64,000 nucleotides of DNA from Candidatus Omnitrophota bacterium (GTDB taxonomy: Bacteria > Omnitrophota > Omnitrophia > Omnitrophales > Aquincolibacteriaceae): positions 1 through 64,000 of the forward strand of contig JAZDJU010000079.1 of assembly GCA_043803685.1 (NCBI GenBank), in the 5' to 3' direction. The translations under genes were made by a program, and so were the position numbers. The notes below the pieces were generated by a model. That model was not told the origin of the DNA. It worked only from the letters and a program-made list of their open reading frames with translations, and searched no databases. Positions within the stretch are counted from its first letter, which is position 1; the number at the start of each line of letters is the position of its first letter. Of this stretch, positions 29,789 through 42,259 are shown in pieces.

Positions 29789-30528
29789 GCGCGAGTCCTG
29801 TGAAGGCTCTGGGCGTTATTCCCGCACGATTAGGTTCCACCCGTTTATCTGAAAAGATCCTCCGTTCTATTCATGGCAAGACTATGATCCAGCATGTTTG
29901 GGAGCGCGCACGTCAAGCGAAAAGGCTCGAAGAGGTGGTCGTCGCCACGGACGATGCTCGGATCCAACAATGCGTGGAAGGGTTCGGCGGCCGGGCGATC
30001 ATGACGCGCAAGGACCATCCGAACGGGACTTCCAGGATCGCGGAGGTCATGGGCTCCTTCAAGCAGGATCTCGTGATCAATATCCAGGGCGATCAGCCGC
30101 TCGTAGACCCCAAGGCGCTCGACGAGATGGTGGCTATTTTTGAGACGGCGAAGGATGTGGAGATGTTGACCCTGGCCGTGAGGATGACGGACCGGGCAAG
30201 TTTCGAGAACCCCAATGTTGTTAAAGTGGTCTGTGATGCGGAAGGGGACGCGCTTTATTTTTCGCGCGCGACGATCCCCTTCGTTCAGGGGAAACAAAAT
30301 GGCGCGTGCAGTTTTCTGAAACACCTCGGAGTTTACGGATACCGGCGTGATTTTCTTTTGAATTTTGTTGCTTGGGAGCCTGGAATCCTGGAAAATACCG
30401 AGAAATTGGAGCAACTCAGGGTCCTTGAAAGAGGGCATTCCATTCGCGTGATCGAAACGGCGTATGATTTCATCAGCGTGGATACGGAAGAGGATCTTCG
30501 GGAAGTTGAAAGACGTTTGCGGAACTAA
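29785..30528 (+). CDS. kdsB: CMP-Kdo synthetase
   Basis: IPARLGSTRL, NIQGD, PNVVKVV, ALYFSR, HLGVYGY, EKLEQLR. Confidence 0.96.
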   Translation: MSASPVKALGVIPARLGSTRLSEKILRSIHGKTMIQHVWERARQAKRLEEVVVATDDARIQQCVEGFGGRAIMTRKDHPNGTSRIAEVMGSFKQDLVINIQGDQPLVDPKALDEMVAIFETAKDVEMLTLAVRMTDRASFENPNVVKVVCDAEGDALYFSRATIPFVQGKQNGACSFLKHLGVYGYRRDFLLNFVAWEPGILENTEKLEQLRVLERGHSIRVIETAYDFISVDTEEDLREVERRLRN

Positions 30529-30534
30529 TTTTCT

Positions 30535-33137
<2,603 letters not shown>

Positions 33138-33141
33138 GATC

Positions 33142-34113
33142 ATGAAAACATCCCCTGTGATACGGCTCGCCAAAGAGGTTCTCAGGATCGAGGCTCTCGC
33201 CATTTCGCGACTGCGTTCCCGGATCGGCAAGGATTTTGAAACAGTCGTTCAGTGGATGGCGGACTGCAAGGGCCGTGTGATCCTTACCGGGATGGGGAAG
33301 CCCGGCTTCATCGCCCGCAAGATCGCTGCGACGATGGCTTCGACCGGTACGCCCACTTTTTTTCTTCATCCTGCTGAAGCGGTGCACGGCGATCTCGGCA
33401 TGGTGACTTCGAAGGACTTGGTGATCGCGATCTCTCAGAGCGGGGAAAGCGAAGAGATCGTGAGGCTTCTTCCGCTTCTCAAGAAAAAAGGCGTGAAGCT
33501 TGTCGCGCTGACAAGCGTTCCGAAGTCCGCTCTCGGCAAGAACGCGGATATTGTGCTGGATCTTGGCGTGCGGCGCGAAGCCTGTCCTTTGAATCTGGCG
33601 CCTTCCGCCTCAACGACGGCTTCGCTCGCGATGGGGGACGCGCTTGCTCTTTCGCTTCTCAAGAAAAAAGGGTTCCGCTCTGAAGATTTCGCGGAACTGC
33701 ATCCTGGAGGGAGCCTTGGAAGACGATTGCTCAAGGTGGGGGAGATCATGCGCACGGGGAAAGCCAATCCGCTCGTGGGGGTTAAGACCACGGTGCGTCA
33801 GGCGCTTCTCAAGATCACGGCCTCGCGGGCCGGGAGCTGTACGATCATTGATAAACACGGAAAATTATTGGGCGTTTTCACCGACGGAGACCTCCGGCGT
33901 CATCTCAAGTCCCAGGGTGAAAAGATCCTGAACCGTCCTGTCATTCAATTAGCCACGCTTCGACCCCGTTACATTCAGAAAGAGAAACTCGCGGAAGAGG
34001 CGTTCCATGTGATGGAGTCGCTTCGCATCGACGAATTGCCTGTGGTGGACAAAGCACGGCGTGTCGTAGGCCTTTTGGACGTTCAGGACCTGATGAGGGC
34101 GGGACGGGTCTGA
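33142..34113 (+). CDS. kdsD: Arabinose-5-phosphate isomerase (SIS plus CBS)
   Basis: GMGK, HPAEAVHGDLG, EACPLNLAP, HPGGSLG, FTDGDLRR. Confidence 0.94.
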   Translation: MKTSPVIRLAKEVLRIEALAISRLRSRIGKDFETVVQWMADCKGRVILTGMGKPGFIARKIAATMASTGTPTFFLHPAEAVHGDLGMVTSKDLVIAISQSGESEEIVRLLPLLKKKGVKLVALTSVPKSALGKNADIVLDLGVRREACPLNLAPSASTTASLAMGDALALSLLKKKGFRSEDFAELHPGGSLGRRLLKVGEIMRTGKANPLVGVKTTVRQALLKITASRAGSCTIIDKHGKLLGVFTDGDLRRHLKSQGEKILNRPVIQLATLRPRYIQKEKLAEEAFHVMESLRIDELPVVDKARRVVGLLDVQDLMRAGRV

Positions 34114-34120
34114 TCTTCTC

Positions 34121-35053
34121 ATGGCCAAATACAAGCTCTATCGTTACCCTCTCTACCTTCTCGCAAAGTTTGGAGCGGGATTTCTGCTGATCCTGCCGCG
34201 GAGTTTGGCGTTGTGGTTTGCGAACGGGGCAGGGTTTCTCGGGTATTGGTTGATTTCGCGTCAGAGGACGAAGATCCTTGAAAACCTGAGGATCGCGTAC
34301 GGTAGCACGAAGAGTTCTTCGGACCTAGACAGGATCGGTTGCCAGGTCATGGGGCATATGCTCCAAACGGCGGTGGATTTTCTGAGGTTCACCCGGCTTT
34401 CGCGTGAGAAGGCTGCGTTGTTCGTGGAGTCCGATGAAGCCTTTTCTTTTTGCAAAGATATTTTGCAAGAAGGGAAAGGGCTCATTATAATGACGGCGCA
34501 CCTGGGTAACTGGGAACTTTTGGCCGGAAGCTTCGGACTTCAAGGTTTCCACGGCGCCGTGATCGGCCGTCGGATCTATTATGAGCCTTACAATCGGTGG
34601 ATCGTGGGACTGCGGAGTTCCGTGGGAATTCGAACGATCTATCAGGATGAGGCGGTCAGGCAGGTCTTTGCGCATTTGAAAAGCGGTGACGTTTTAGGGA
34701 TCTTGCCGGACCAGGACCGAGATCGCGTTCGCGGGATTTTCGTGGACTTTTTTGGAAAACCGGCGTATACGTCCGTGGCGCCGGTGAAGTTTTCCATGGC
34801 CTCGGGAGCGCCGATCTTGACGGCTTTTATGGTGCGGAAGCCTGGAAATCGCTACAAGCTTCAACTCGGGAAATTGATACGGCCCAAGATCGAGGAAGGG
34901 GACCGGGCGGCCTCGATCCGGAAGTATACTGAGATATGGATGAAAGATTTTGAGGAAGTGGTTCGTCGTTACCCTGAACAATGGGGTTGGATGCATGACC
35001 GTTGGAAAACAAGGCCTGAAGATGTTACGGTGGCGGAGCCTAATACCGCATGA
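34121..35053 (+). CDS. Lipid A late acyltransferase (LpxL/HtrB family)
   Basis: TAHLGNWE, LPDQD, VDFFG, PEQWGWMHDRWK. Confidence 0.9.
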   Translation: MAKYKLYRYPLYLLAKFGAGFLLILPRSLALWFANGAGFLGYWLISRQRTKILENLRIAYGSTKSSSDLDRIGCQVMGHMLQTAVDFLRFTRLSREKAALFVESDEAFSFCKDILQEGKGLIIMTAHLGNWELLAGSFGLQGFHGAVIGRRIYYEPYNRWIVGLRSSVGIRTIYQDEAVRQVFAHLKSGDVLGILPDQDRDRVRGIFVDFFGKPAYTSVAPVKFSMASGAPILTAFMVRKPGNRYKLQLGKLIRPKIEEGDRAASIRKYTEIWMKDFEEVVRRYPEQWGWMHDRWKTRPEDVTVAEPNTA

Positions 35054-35119
35054 CATTTGAAATTAGGGGTATGCGGTATAGTACTGTTAACCCCTAAAAT
35101 CAAATAGAGAACAGTACTA
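35045..35119. repeat. Structured intergenic repeat family II, copy A (75 bp)
   Basis: 65/75 identical, ungapped, to 37384-37458. Confidence 0.92.
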
Positions 35120-35138
35120 AGGAGAAAGTGAAGCGCTC

Positions 35139-36047
35139 ATGATCAAACGTCTTATTTTAATTTTTGTCGCTCTTGTGGTGTTCTACGTGTTTTTCGTGCA
35201 AATGCAGGTGGTCATTACGCGTAAGCAGAGAGCTGAGAAAAGCACCGAAAAGCCCTCCGAACAAAAACCGCAGAGCATTCTTGCCTTTTCGTTCACCAAA
35301 TACACGCTTGAAGGGCAGCGTGAGATGGAGATCGAAGGAGATTCCGCGAACATCCTTTCCAATACGGTGCAATTAATGAACGTGATGGCCAAGGCGTATG
35401 CCGATGAAGTTCCCGTGACCGTTACGGCGGACCGTGGCAATTACGATAAGAAAAAGAATAAGGTTCATCTCGAGAAGAACGTTGTGGCGACGACCGATGA
35501 TGGGACGAGGCTTGTGACGGAGGCGCTTGACATGAGCCCTTCGGATCACATCGTGGAGACCGATCTTCTGACGCAGGTGAAAAAGGATAATATCAATGTC
35601 GAAGGGACCGGCGCACGGGCCGAAACCAATCTGAAAAAGGTGAAGTTCCAGAAGAACGTGACGGTCATTGTCCAGAATACCGACGATAAAAAAGACGGGC
35701 CGACGACCATTACCTGTGACGGACCCCTGGTGATCGATTACGAAAAAAACATCGCGCATTTCAGAGACAATGTTGTGGCGCAGGATTTCCGGGGGAAACT
35801 TACGGCGGACACTATGGATGTTTATTATAATCGTGTAAGCCGTCATGTTTCCAAGATCGTGTCCGCCGGCGATGTGGTGATCGAAAATCCCGATGGGAAC
35901 AAGACCTATTCGGACAGTGTGATCTATCTGGCGGACGAAGGGCGGATCATTTTGGGGGGAGACACCGAAGCCCTTTATTTCAGTGGGAGTGATGACAAAG
36001 CGAGTTCCGGAAAAGGAACTGGCAAAGGAATGCAGGGGATCTTCTGA
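35139..36047 (+). CDS. lptC: LPS export protein with LptC-like and LptA-like regions
   Basis: N-terminal TM anchor, beta-rich repeats, directly upstream of lptB; 302 aa is long enough for two jellyroll domains. Confidence 0.75.
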   Translation: MIKRLILIFVALVVFYVFFVQMQVVITRKQRAEKSTEKPSEQKPQSILAFSFTKYTLEGQREMEIEGDSANILSNTVQLMNVMAKAYADEVPVTVTADRGNYDKKKNKVHLEKNVVATTDDGTRLVTEALDMSPSDHIVETDLLTQVKKDNINVEGTGARAETNLKKVKFQKNVTVIVQNTDDKKDGPTTITCDGPLVIDYEKNIAHFRDNVVAQDFRGKLTADTMDVYYNRVSRHVSKIVSAGDVVIENPDGNKTYSDSVIYLADEGRIILGGDTEALYFSGSDDKASSGKGTGKGMQGIF

Positions 36048-36049
36048 GC

Positions 36050-36775
36050 ATGAACCTTCTTGAGACGAAGCAACTGACCAAGAGTTACAAGGGGCGCACG
36101 GTCGTTAACGGCGTGAATATTCAGATCTCACGCGGGGAGATCGTGGGACTTCTGGGTCCTAATGGCGCCGGGAAAACGACATCTTTCTACATGGTGGTCG
36201 GGGTCATCCGCCCGGAATCAGGGCATATCTATTTCCGGGGCGAAGAGATCACGAACCTTCCGATGTTCGAGCGAGCGCGGCTCGGGATCGGTTATCTTTC
36301 CCAGGAACCTTCGATCTTTCGCAAGCTGACCGTGGAAGAGAATATTATGGCGATCCTGGAAACTCTGGAGATTCCTCAGGAGGAACGAGATCGCCGTCTC
36401 AAGCGGCTTTTGAATGACCTCGATATTGCTTATCTCGCGAAGAATAAAGCCTTCACGCTTTCCGGCGGCGAACGGCGGCGGCTCGAGATCACGCGTGCGC
36501 TTGTAACAAATCCTTCTCTTCTCCTTTTGGACGAACCTTTCAGCGGCGTGGATCCCATCGCTGTCTTCGAGGTTCAGAAGATCCTGCAGCGGCTCAAGGC
36601 CCAGGGCCTCAGTATTCTGCTGACAGATCACAGCGTCCGCGAGACGCTTTCCATCACCGATCGCTCTTACCTTCTTTTCGAGGGTAAGGTCGAGGTCTCC
36701 GGGACCTCAGAGTTTCTCGCCTCCGATGCCAAGGCCAGGGAGATCTATCTCGGGGAGAGGTTCACTTTGGCGTAA
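36050..36775 (+). CDS. lptB: LPS export ABC ATPase
   Basis: GLLGPNGAGKTTSFYM, LSGGERRRLEI, LLDEPFSGVDPI, TDHSVRETL, YLGE. Confidence 0.96.
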   Translation: MNLLETKQLTKSYKGRTVVNGVNIQISRGEIVGLLGPNGAGKTTSFYMVVGVIRPESGHIYFRGEEITNLPMFERARLGIGYLSQEPSIFRKLTVEENIMAILETLEIPQEERDRRLKRLLNDLDIAYLAKNKAFTLSGGERRRLEITRALVTNPSLLLLDEPFSGVDPIAVFEVQKILQRLKAQGLSILLTDHSVRETLSITDRSYLLFEGKVEVSGTSEFLASDAKAREIYLGERFTLA

Positions 36776-36830
36776 TGCGGCGTCCGCACTTTCTATCAAT
36801 TCATTAAAGACTCTCAGGGAGGAACTCACA

Positions 36831-37382
36831 GTGGATATTCGTTTTTCGGGACAGAATCTCAAGATCACCGCAGGAATGAAGGAGCATTTGGAGGAACGTC
36901 TTCCGAAGTTCGAGAAATACGCGCCCCGGATCGTGGAAGCGCACGTGTTCCTCAAGAAAGAAAAATATATTTTCAAAGCAGAGATCACGCTCGCGGCCAA
37001 GGACTTTCACGCCTTTGGCATGGGCGAGGCCAAGGATAATATTTTCGCGGCGATCGATGAAGCCTACGAACGCGTCGAGAAGCAGTTGAAGAAATTCCGC
37101 TCCAAATCCAAAGGGCATCATGTCAAGAACGCCAAGACCTCGGGGAAGATCGCCCGGGCGCTTGAGATGATCGAAGCGGAAAGCATTCTTCCAGACGATC
37201 ATCCGAAGATCACGCGTTCCTCGGCGTTCGCGGCGAAGCCCATGTCCGTTGAAGAAGCTAGCCTTCAGTTGGAGATCTCTCCGGAGCCGTTTCTTGCTTT
37301 TATGAACCAGCATACCAACATCGTGAACGTGATCCATAAGCGTAAGGACGGAAGTCACGGGCTTGTCGAGCCAGGGCGCTAG
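36831..37382 (+). CDS. hpf: Ribosome hibernation promoting factor (long HPF)
   Basis: GTG start after GGAGG; GQNLKIT, AAID, EKQLKK, KPMSVEEA, RKDGSHGLVEP. Confidence 0.92.
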   Translation: MDIRFSGQNLKITAGMKEHLEERLPKFEKYAPRIVEAHVFLKKEKYIFKAEITLAAKDFHAFGMGEAKDNIFAAIDEAYERVEKQLKKFRSKSKGHHVKNAKTSGKIARALEMIEAESILPDDHPKITRSSAFAAKPMSVEEASLQLEISPEPFLAFMNQHTNIVNVIHKRKDGSHGLVEPGR

Positions 37383-37383
37383 A

Positions 37384-37458
37384 ACCGCATCATATTTGAA
37401 ATGAGGGGTATGCGGTGGAGTATTGTTAGCCCCTAAAATCAAATGGAGAACAGTGTTA
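37384..37458. repeat. Structured intergenic repeat family II, copy B
   Basis: 65/75 identical to 35045-35119. Confidence 0.92.
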
Positions 37459-37487
37459 GTCTTAATTCTTAGCAATTGAAGCATGGC

Positions 37488-37528
37488 GGTCCCGATCTAT
37501 TCAAGTGCGGTTGAGATCGGGGCCTTTT
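37488..37528 (+). terminator. Stem-loop with short T run, possible terminator
   Basis: GGTCCCGATCT...AGATCGGGGCC followed by TTTT. Confidence 0.4.
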
Positions 37529-37560
37529 CGTAACTTTTTTCAATCCGGAGGAATGTATTT

Positions 37561-38025
37561 ATGAAGATCACCGATTTTCTCAACGTCAAGGGCATCAAGG
37601 TCGATCTCGAAGCGACCGACAAGGAGGGGATCCTCAAAGAAATGGTGGATCTTTTGGCCGAGGTGAAGGATGTGGGAGACAAGAAGAACATTCTGCGAGC
37701 CTTGGTCGAGCGTGAGAATCTGGGCTCCACGGGCATTGGCCAGGGGATCGCGATCCCTCATGGAAAGACCGACAAGGTGGATGGTCTTGTGGCGGTGTTG
37801 GGTGTGAGTCGCAAGGGCGTGAACTTTGAAGCGCTCGACGGCGAGCCGGTCTATATCCTGTTCCTGCTTGTTGCTCCGAAGGACACGGCGGGGCCCCATC
37901 TCAAGGCTCTGGCGCAGATCTCAAGGCTTCTCCGCGATACCTATTTCTGCGAACTTATCAGAAAATGCAAAACGCCGAAGGATGTTTTTGATCTGATCGC
38001 AAAAGAAGAGAGCCGCAAGGTTTGA
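37561..38025 (+). CDS. ptsN: PTS EIIA (Ntr/Fru type)
   Basis: RENLGSTGIGQGIAIPH, FEALDGEPV, HLKALAQISR. Confidence 0.85.
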   Translation: MKITDFLNVKGIKVDLEATDKEGILKEMVDLLAEVKDVGDKKNILRALVERENLGSTGIGQGIAIPHGKTDKVDGLVAVLGVSRKGVNFEALDGEPVYILFLLVAPKDTAGPHLKALAQISRLLRDTYFCELIRKCKTPKDVFDLIAKEESRKV

Positions 38026-38059
38026 TATACGGTCTTAGCCGGTTCTTTGGCGACCTTCT

Positions 38060-39319
38060 ATGAAATTTTTTAAGTGGTTCTATCCCGGTATCGGGATCAA
38101 GCGGTGGATCATTCTTTGCGCGTTGGGGCTCGGGTTCATCGTACTGGTGGCCCTGCTGACCGTGCAGACCATGGCCAAAACGAGCGTGCTACTGGCCTCG
38201 TTCGCGACGGCGCTTTTGATCCTCGGTATCTTTCTCATCTATACCTCGATCAAAAACATGGTCCGGATCTTTGTCCGTGCTCTGATGCCCTTGAATGGGA
38301 ACGATTCGCTTGTGGATATCGTGTATCAGAAACGCCGCGTCGAGTCTTTGTTGCACGGGCCTCGAATTGTGGCGATCGGTGGCGGAACCGGCTTAAGTAC
38401 CATGCTTTCGGGCGTCAAGGTGTTTACGAGCAATATCACGGCGATCGTGACAGTGACGGACACGGGGGGAAGTTCCGGGCGTTTGCGCGATGAAATGGAT
38501 ATGTTGCCTCCGGGCGATATCCGGAATTGTCTGGTGGCGCTAGCCGACGCAGGGCCGCTCATTCGTGATCTTTTTCAGTACCGGTTCGAACTCGGAGAGG
38601 GATTGAAGGGACACAGTTTCGGGAATCTCTTCATCACAGCGCTTTCGAAGGTCACGGGCGATTTTGAGAAAGCGATCGCGGAATCCAGCAAAGTGCTAGC
38701 GATCCGGGGGCGCGTGCTTCCGTCCACGCTTGAAAAAGTGACGCTGGTTGGCGAATTCATGGACGGGACCTCGGTGGAGGGAGAAACGAATATTACGGAC
38801 CTGAAAAAGCCGCTTCGCAGTATTCGTCTCCGGCCGGACGATTGCAGGGCGTGCCAGGAGGCCCTAGACGCGATAGAGATCGCGGATCTTATTCTGATGG
38901 GCCCTGGAAGTCTTTATACGAGTATTTTGCCGAATCTTTTGATCAAGGATATTCGCGATGCTGTACTCCGGTCTGACGCGTACAAGGTCTATATCATGAA
39001 CGCGATGACGCAGCCGGGGGAGACCACGGGTATGAGCGCGTGGGATCATTTAAATGTGATCCTGGAACATACGGATCCGAGGATCGTGGATGCCTGTTTT
39101 GTGAACACTGCGGTTATTCCGGACACCATGCTTCAGCGTTACGCCAAGCAGGGTGCCACCCCGGTGAAACTGGACATTGAGAAGATCCGGGAAAAGGGTT
39201 ACCGGGTCATTCAGGGGAATGTCCTTCAACCGGGAGAGCAGGTCCGCCATAATTCGGAGCTTTTGATGAAATTCATTCTGGAACATTACAGGGATCATGT
39301 CGAACGGACGGAAGAATGA
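38060..39319 (+). CDS. yvcK: YvcK/CofD-like (gluconeogenesis factor family) protein with N-terminal TM helices
   Basis: IGGGTGLS, GGSSGRLR, PPGDIRNC, GHSFGNL, GPGSLYTS, TQPGET. Confidence 0.9.
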   Translation: MKFFKWFYPGIGIKRWIILCALGLGFIVLVALLTVQTMAKTSVLLASFATALLILGIFLIYTSIKNMVRIFVRALMPLNGNDSLVDIVYQKRRVESLLHGPRIVAIGGGTGLSTMLSGVKVFTSNITAIVTVTDTGGSSGRLRDEMDMLPPGDIRNCLVALADAGPLIRDLFQYRFELGEGLKGHSFGNLFITALSKVTGDFEKAIAESSKVLAIRGRVLPSTLEKVTLVGEFMDGTSVEGETNITDLKKPLRSIRLRPDDCRACQEALDAIEIADLILMGPGSLYTSILPNLLIKDIRDAVLRSDAYKVYIMNAMTQPGETTGMSAWDHLNVILEHTDPRIVDACFVNTAVIPDTMLQRYAKQGATPVKLDIEKIREKGYRVIQGNVLQPGEQVRHNSELLMKFILEHYRDHVERTEE

Positions 39320-39624
39320 CGCAGCCCCTAAAAAAACAACGTAAGAAGGACGGCCAGGAATCGGTCGAACGTGTTTTTGTCATCAATAATAAGCTGGGTC
39401 TTCACGCCCGGCCGGCGGCCGTCTTTGTCCAGACCGCGAATCGTTTTAACGCCCTGGTTGAGGTCCAAAAGGAAGATCTCAAGATCGACGGGAAGTCGAT
39501 CATGGGCATCATGACCCTCGCGGCCGAGAAAGGTTCTTCCATCACGGTGCGGGTCACGGGGAAAGATGCCATCGCGACGATGGAAGCGTTAGCCAAACTT
39601 ATCGAGTCTGATTTCGGAGAATAA
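39316..39624 (+). CDS. ptsH: Phosphocarrier protein HPr
   Basis: NKLGLHARPAA, DGKSIMGIMTL. Confidence 0.95.
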   Translation: MTQPLKKQRKKDGQESVERVFVINNKLGLHARPAAVFVQTANRFNALVEVQKEDLKIDGKSIMGIMTLAAEKGSSITVRVTGKDAIATMEALAKLIESDFGE

Positions 39625-39628
39625 GGCC

Positions 39629-41377
39629 ATGAAAGAATACAAAGGGATCGGAGTATCGCCCGGGATCGCGATCGGGAAAGTTTTTATCCTGCATAGCGGT
39701 GGTTCCTTCAATCTTCCCAAGCGCGTGGTGGGACTGGATCAGCTCTCTAACGAGATCGCCCGGTTCGAGGAAGCGCTCACGCGGACGCGCACCGAGATCC
39801 TCGGGATCCGAAGAAGACTGTCGGATCAGATCGGCCGCGAAAGTTCGGACATTTTTACGGCCCATCTTTTGATCTTGGAGGACCGGACCCTGATCGAGGA
39901 TGTGATCGAAGTGATCAAGGGCGAGAAGGTTGGCGCGGAGTACGCCTTTGCGGCCGTGATCCAGCGGTATTTTCAGGCCTTTTCCCAGATCAATGACGAA
40001 TATCTCAAAGAGCTCATCTCGGACATCCGGGATGTGGGGAGACGGCTTCTCGCGAATCTTTGCGGAGAAGAGAAAAAGCGTCTGGAAGAATTCAGTGGAA
40101 AGGTGATCATCGCCTCTCACGATCTTTCGCCGTCCGACACAGCTTCCCTTGACCGGAAAAAAGTCATGGCTTTTGTGACCGAGATTGGCGGAGCGACGTC
40201 GCATACGGCGATTCTCGGGCGTTCCCTTGAGATTCCCGCCGTCGTGGGACTCGAAAAGATTGTGGATGAACTTCAGGACGGCGATACGATCATTGTGGAC
40301 GGGGCGCACGGGGTCGTGGTCATTGATCCCGACCAGGCGACCATCGACAAATTCAACTTTCAGGAGAACCGCATCTCCCAGCTCACCGGAGAGCTGGATA
40401 AGCTGCGCGATTTACCGGCGGAGACTCTCGACGGAAAACACATCACCCTTGCCGCCAATATCGAATTTTATCACGAGGCGGCTTCCGTCATTTCTCATGG
40501 CGGAGAAGGGGTCGGACTTTTTCGTACGGAATATTTTTACATGAACCGGTCGACGCTTCCGACGGAGCAGGAACAGTACGAGGCTTATCACAAGATCGCG
40601 GAGGCGATGAAGCCGCATCCCGTGGTCATTCGCACACTGGATCTTGGGGGCGATAAATTCGCGTCCACGCTCGAGATCCCGCATGAAATGAATCCTTATC
40701 TGGGCTGGCGCGCCATCCGTTTTTGCCTGACGCGAACGGACATCTTTAAGACCCAGCTCCGGGCGATCCTTCGGGCGAGCGCTCATGGGGATCTGAAGAT
40801 CATGTATCCGATGATTACCGGTGTGTACGAGATCCGTGCCGCGCGCGAGATCCTGAATGAAGCGAAGGCCGAGCTTGAAAAGGAAGGCGTTCCCTTCAAT
40901 AAGAACATTCACGTTGGGGCCATGATCGAGATCCCTTCGGCGGCGCTCGCAAGTGATGTGCTGGCCAAGGAAGTGGATTTCTTTTCTCTCGGGACGAACG
41001 ATCTGATCCAGTACGTGCTTGCGATCGATCGTATGAATCAGAAGATCGCCCATCTTTATGAGCCGACCCATCCGGCGATCGTTCGTCTGATCGATCTGAC
41101 GATCCGGAACGGTCACGGTCATAACATCTGGGTGGGGAGTTGCGGCGAAATGTCCTCGGATCCGGCGATCGCGATCCTCCTCGTGGGGCTCGGGATCGAC
41201 GAGATCAGCGCTAGCCCTGTGATGCTGCCCAAGATCAAGAAAGCGATCCGTTCGATCCGTTATTCCGACGCTAAGGAGATCGCCCAAAAGGCCCTTGCGT
41301 TCCATACCGGCAAAGAGACCTACGCTTTCCTCAAGGAAAAGCTCAAGGATGTGTGCGCGGAGCTTGCTGACGAATAA
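39629..41377 (+). CDS. ptsI: PTS enzyme I
   Basis: GGATSHTAI, GVGLFRTE, IRTLDLGGDK, NPYLGWRAIR, SLGTNDL, CGE. Confidence 0.95.
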   Translation: MKEYKGIGVSPGIAIGKVFILHSGGSFNLPKRVVGLDQLSNEIARFEEALTRTRTEILGIRRRLSDQIGRESSDIFTAHLLILEDRTLIEDVIEVIKGEKVGAEYAFAAVIQRYFQAFSQINDEYLKELISDIRDVGRRLLANLCGEEKKRLEEFSGKVIIASHDLSPSDTASLDRKKVMAFVTEIGGATSHTAILGRSLEIPAVVGLEKIVDELQDGDTIIVDGAHGVVVIDPDQATIDKFNFQENRISQLTGELDKLRDLPAETLDGKHITLAANIEFYHEAASVISHGGEGVGLFRTEYFYMNRSTLPTEQEQYEAYHKIAEAMKPHPVVIRTLDLGGDKFASTLEIPHEMNPYLGWRAIRFCLTRTDIFKTQLRAILRASAHGDLKIMYPMITGVYEIRAAREILNEAKAELEKEGVPFNKNIHVGAMIEIPSAALASDVLAKEVDFFSLGTNDLIQYVLAIDRMNQKIAHLYEPTHPAIVRLIDLTIRNGHGHNIWVGSCGEMSSDPAIAILLVGLGIDEISASPVMLPKIKKAIRSIRYSDAKEIAQKALAFHTGKETYAFLKEKLKDVCAELADE

Positions 41378-41487
41378 AGGAATAATGTCTTTTGTATTCA
41401 AAACAAAAGAAATCGAACTTTGCAAATATTTTTCCGCAACTTGGTGGAAGCGCTCAAAGCGCTTCCTATCTCTAACGGGGTGAGATC

Positions 41488-42252
41488 ATGAGCCTGAAAG
41501 TCGTTATTCTCTGCGCGGGATACGCGACGCGTCTTTATCCTCTGACCGAAAATATGCCAAAGCCCCTGCTTCCCGTGGGGAAAAAGCCCATCCTGGAGTG
41601 GATCCTGGAACGTGTCGAGAAAGTCCAGGGCGTGGAGGCTGTTTATCTTGTAAGCAATCAGAAATTCGCGGGGCATTTTGAAACATGGACGGCGAAGGCG
41701 AAATATCCCTGGCCGGTGCAGGTCGTCAACGATCAAACTACGAGTAATGAGACCCGTCTCGGGGCTATCGGAGATCTCGCGTACGTGATCAAGGCGAAAA
41801 AGGTCGATCCTTGCGATCTTCTGGTGATCGCGGGGGACAATTTCTTCGATTTCGACCTGATGTCCTTCGTCCATTTCGGAATGAAAAAGAGACCGCACGG
41901 AGTGATCGCGGTCTATGACGTCGGGGACAAGGAATTGGCCAAGCGTTACGGTCTGGTGAGGACCGATGGCGGGGGGAAGATCCTGGAATTCCAGGAAAAG
42001 CCGCTCCAACCGGCCACGACGCTTGCCTCCAGCGGCATTTACTGGCTTCCCCAGGAGACGTGGAGCTTGCTTGACAGGTATATCGCAAGCGGCCATAATA
42101 CCGACCAACCCGGCCATTATATGCGTTGGCTGGCTGAAACATCAGGCCTCTTCGCTTTTTCTCTTAAGGGAAAATGGTTGGATATCGGTGACCTCGCCTC
42201 TTATCAGAAAGCCAACGCCATCGTCAATACCCCAACAAATCCAAAGGAGTAA
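41488..42252 (+). CDS. Sugar-phosphate nucleotidyltransferase family protein
   Basis: [34 protein letters not shown]. Confidence 0.9.
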   Translation: MSLKVVILCAGYATRLYPLTENMPKPLLPVGKKPILEWILERVEKVQGVEAVYLVSNQKFAGHFETWTAKAKYPWPVQVVNDQTTSNETRLGAIGDLAYVIKAKKVDPCDLLVIAGDNFFDFDLMSFVHFGMKKRPHGVIAVYDVGDKELAKRYGLVRTDGGGKILEFQEKPLQPATTLASSGIYWLPQETWSLLDRYIASGHNTDQPGHYMRWLAETSGLFAFSLKGKWLDIGDLASYQKANAIVNTPTNPKE

Positions 42253-42259
42253 CACCACT

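Noticed and set aside
41446..41466. Hairpin GGAAGCGCT-CAA-AGCGCTTCC
   Set aside because: Single copy with no U tract; nothing supports a specific role
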